A stretch of DNA of 64,000 nucleotides, taken from the NCBI GenBank assembly GCA_964016885.1, contig OZ024745.1:87482001-87546000 (forward strand), in the 5' to 3' direction. The DNA comes from Eledone cirrhosa (lineage: Eukaryota). The notes beneath the pieces are model-generated. The model searched no databases, was not told the DNA's origin, and worked only from the letters and a program-made list of their open reading frames with translations. Positions 62,903 to 64,000 of this stretch are shown here, piece by piece (position 1 is the first letter of the stretch; each line of letters starts with the position of its first letter). Position numbers and translations under genes: made by a program.

Positions 62903-64000
62903 ACAGTTGGATTTATCTTGCTTTATGTTCATATGAGTTATCAGCAAGTCACAACCAGTAACCTCAAGAGACAACAAGGTCCGCCATGTTCTAGGAAGAA
63001 CATACATACTCACACATGCATCTTTAGTGTTTAGACTTGTGATGTACTTATTTTGATAGAATCTTCCTTAGTATATGGGCAGTTCCCATCTTTTGTATTT
63101 CTCCTATACGCGGGTTTCCTGGGATTTGCGATAAGTAATCATTAGACTCCTAAGGTATCATTCCTAGAGCGCCTACAACCACTGGTATTGTTTTAGTTCT
63201 CAATTTCCACATTTTTCTAGTTTCTATCTCCAGGTCCTTATAATTGCTCAATTTTTCAAATGTTTTTATAGATACATTCTTGTCTATTGGAAAGGACATA
63301 TCAATTAGCAGGCATACCCTCTTTTTAAACTCCTTCAATATTATATCAGGTCTATTTGCATCTATTTTTCAGTCTGTTTGGATGCTAAATTTCCACAAAA
63401 TTGAGATGTGATCTTTCTCAAGTATGTAAGGTGGTTGATGCTCCCACCAATACTGTTGATGGGGCAGGTCAAAATGCTTACACATTATCCAATGTATGTA
63501 TTGTGCAGCTCTGTCATGCCTGTTTAGGTATTCGGTTGGAGCTATAGGACTGCACATTGAAATTATATGGTCAATGGTCTCTGGTTCTTTTTTACATACA
63601 CGGCATAATGGGCTGCATCCATTTTTTATTATCTTGGCTTGGTAATTTTTTGTTGGCAGACACTGATCTTGTGCTGATATAATCAGTCCTTCAGTCTCCG
63701 ATTTCAGTCCAGAGGATGCCAACCCCTGATGGGTTAAAGTTTTGTCAACATCAGGATTGTTAGCTCGCTCTGGGTATTTTCCATACAGAGGCTTTTCTTG
63801 CCATTTCTTAGCCAGTTTCTGTAGCAGTTCTTTCTTTGCAGTTACTTTTACCTGCTTTGCTTTTTCTGTGTTTTCCATTTCAGCAGTAAATGGGACTTCT
63901 GAAATTTGTAGTCCATTACTGTATCTTTGTGCATCTTTTGTAATGGAATATGATCTTTTGATGCTTTCGTGTTTCAAAACGAGTTTGATCATCCAATCAT
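62903..64000 (-). mobile_element. Dong family A 3' portion, continues beyond the window
   Basis: Near-identical to 48103-49210, with a (TAA)n tail at 62880-62902. Confidence 0.92.

Overview
AT-rich eukaryotic genomic DNA, most likely from an octopus-type cephalopod (inferred from the tRNA-derived SINE families and LINE tail sequences). It is almost entirely repeats, and I could not recognise any host protein-coding exon. The window holds three Penelope-like retroelements (PLEs; RT plus C-terminal GIY-YIG), stacked R4/Dong-type RLE retrotransposons sitting in (TAA)n, CR1-group and RTE LINE fragments, an internally deleted Tx1/L1 element with an open ORF1, many SINEs, several MITEs, long microsatellites and one 200-N gap. 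The most notable signal is 11 minimal type I hammerhead-ribozyme motifs from about 6 unrelated sequence families, plus one relic, all folded by eye. Some lie in PLE pseudo-LTRs. Others lie in short non-coding repeats with tandem-plus-inverted architecture flanked by (TA)n, which look like non-autonomous PLE-mobilised retrozymes. Most predicted ORFs are artefacts of simple repeats. Element boundaries are approximate.
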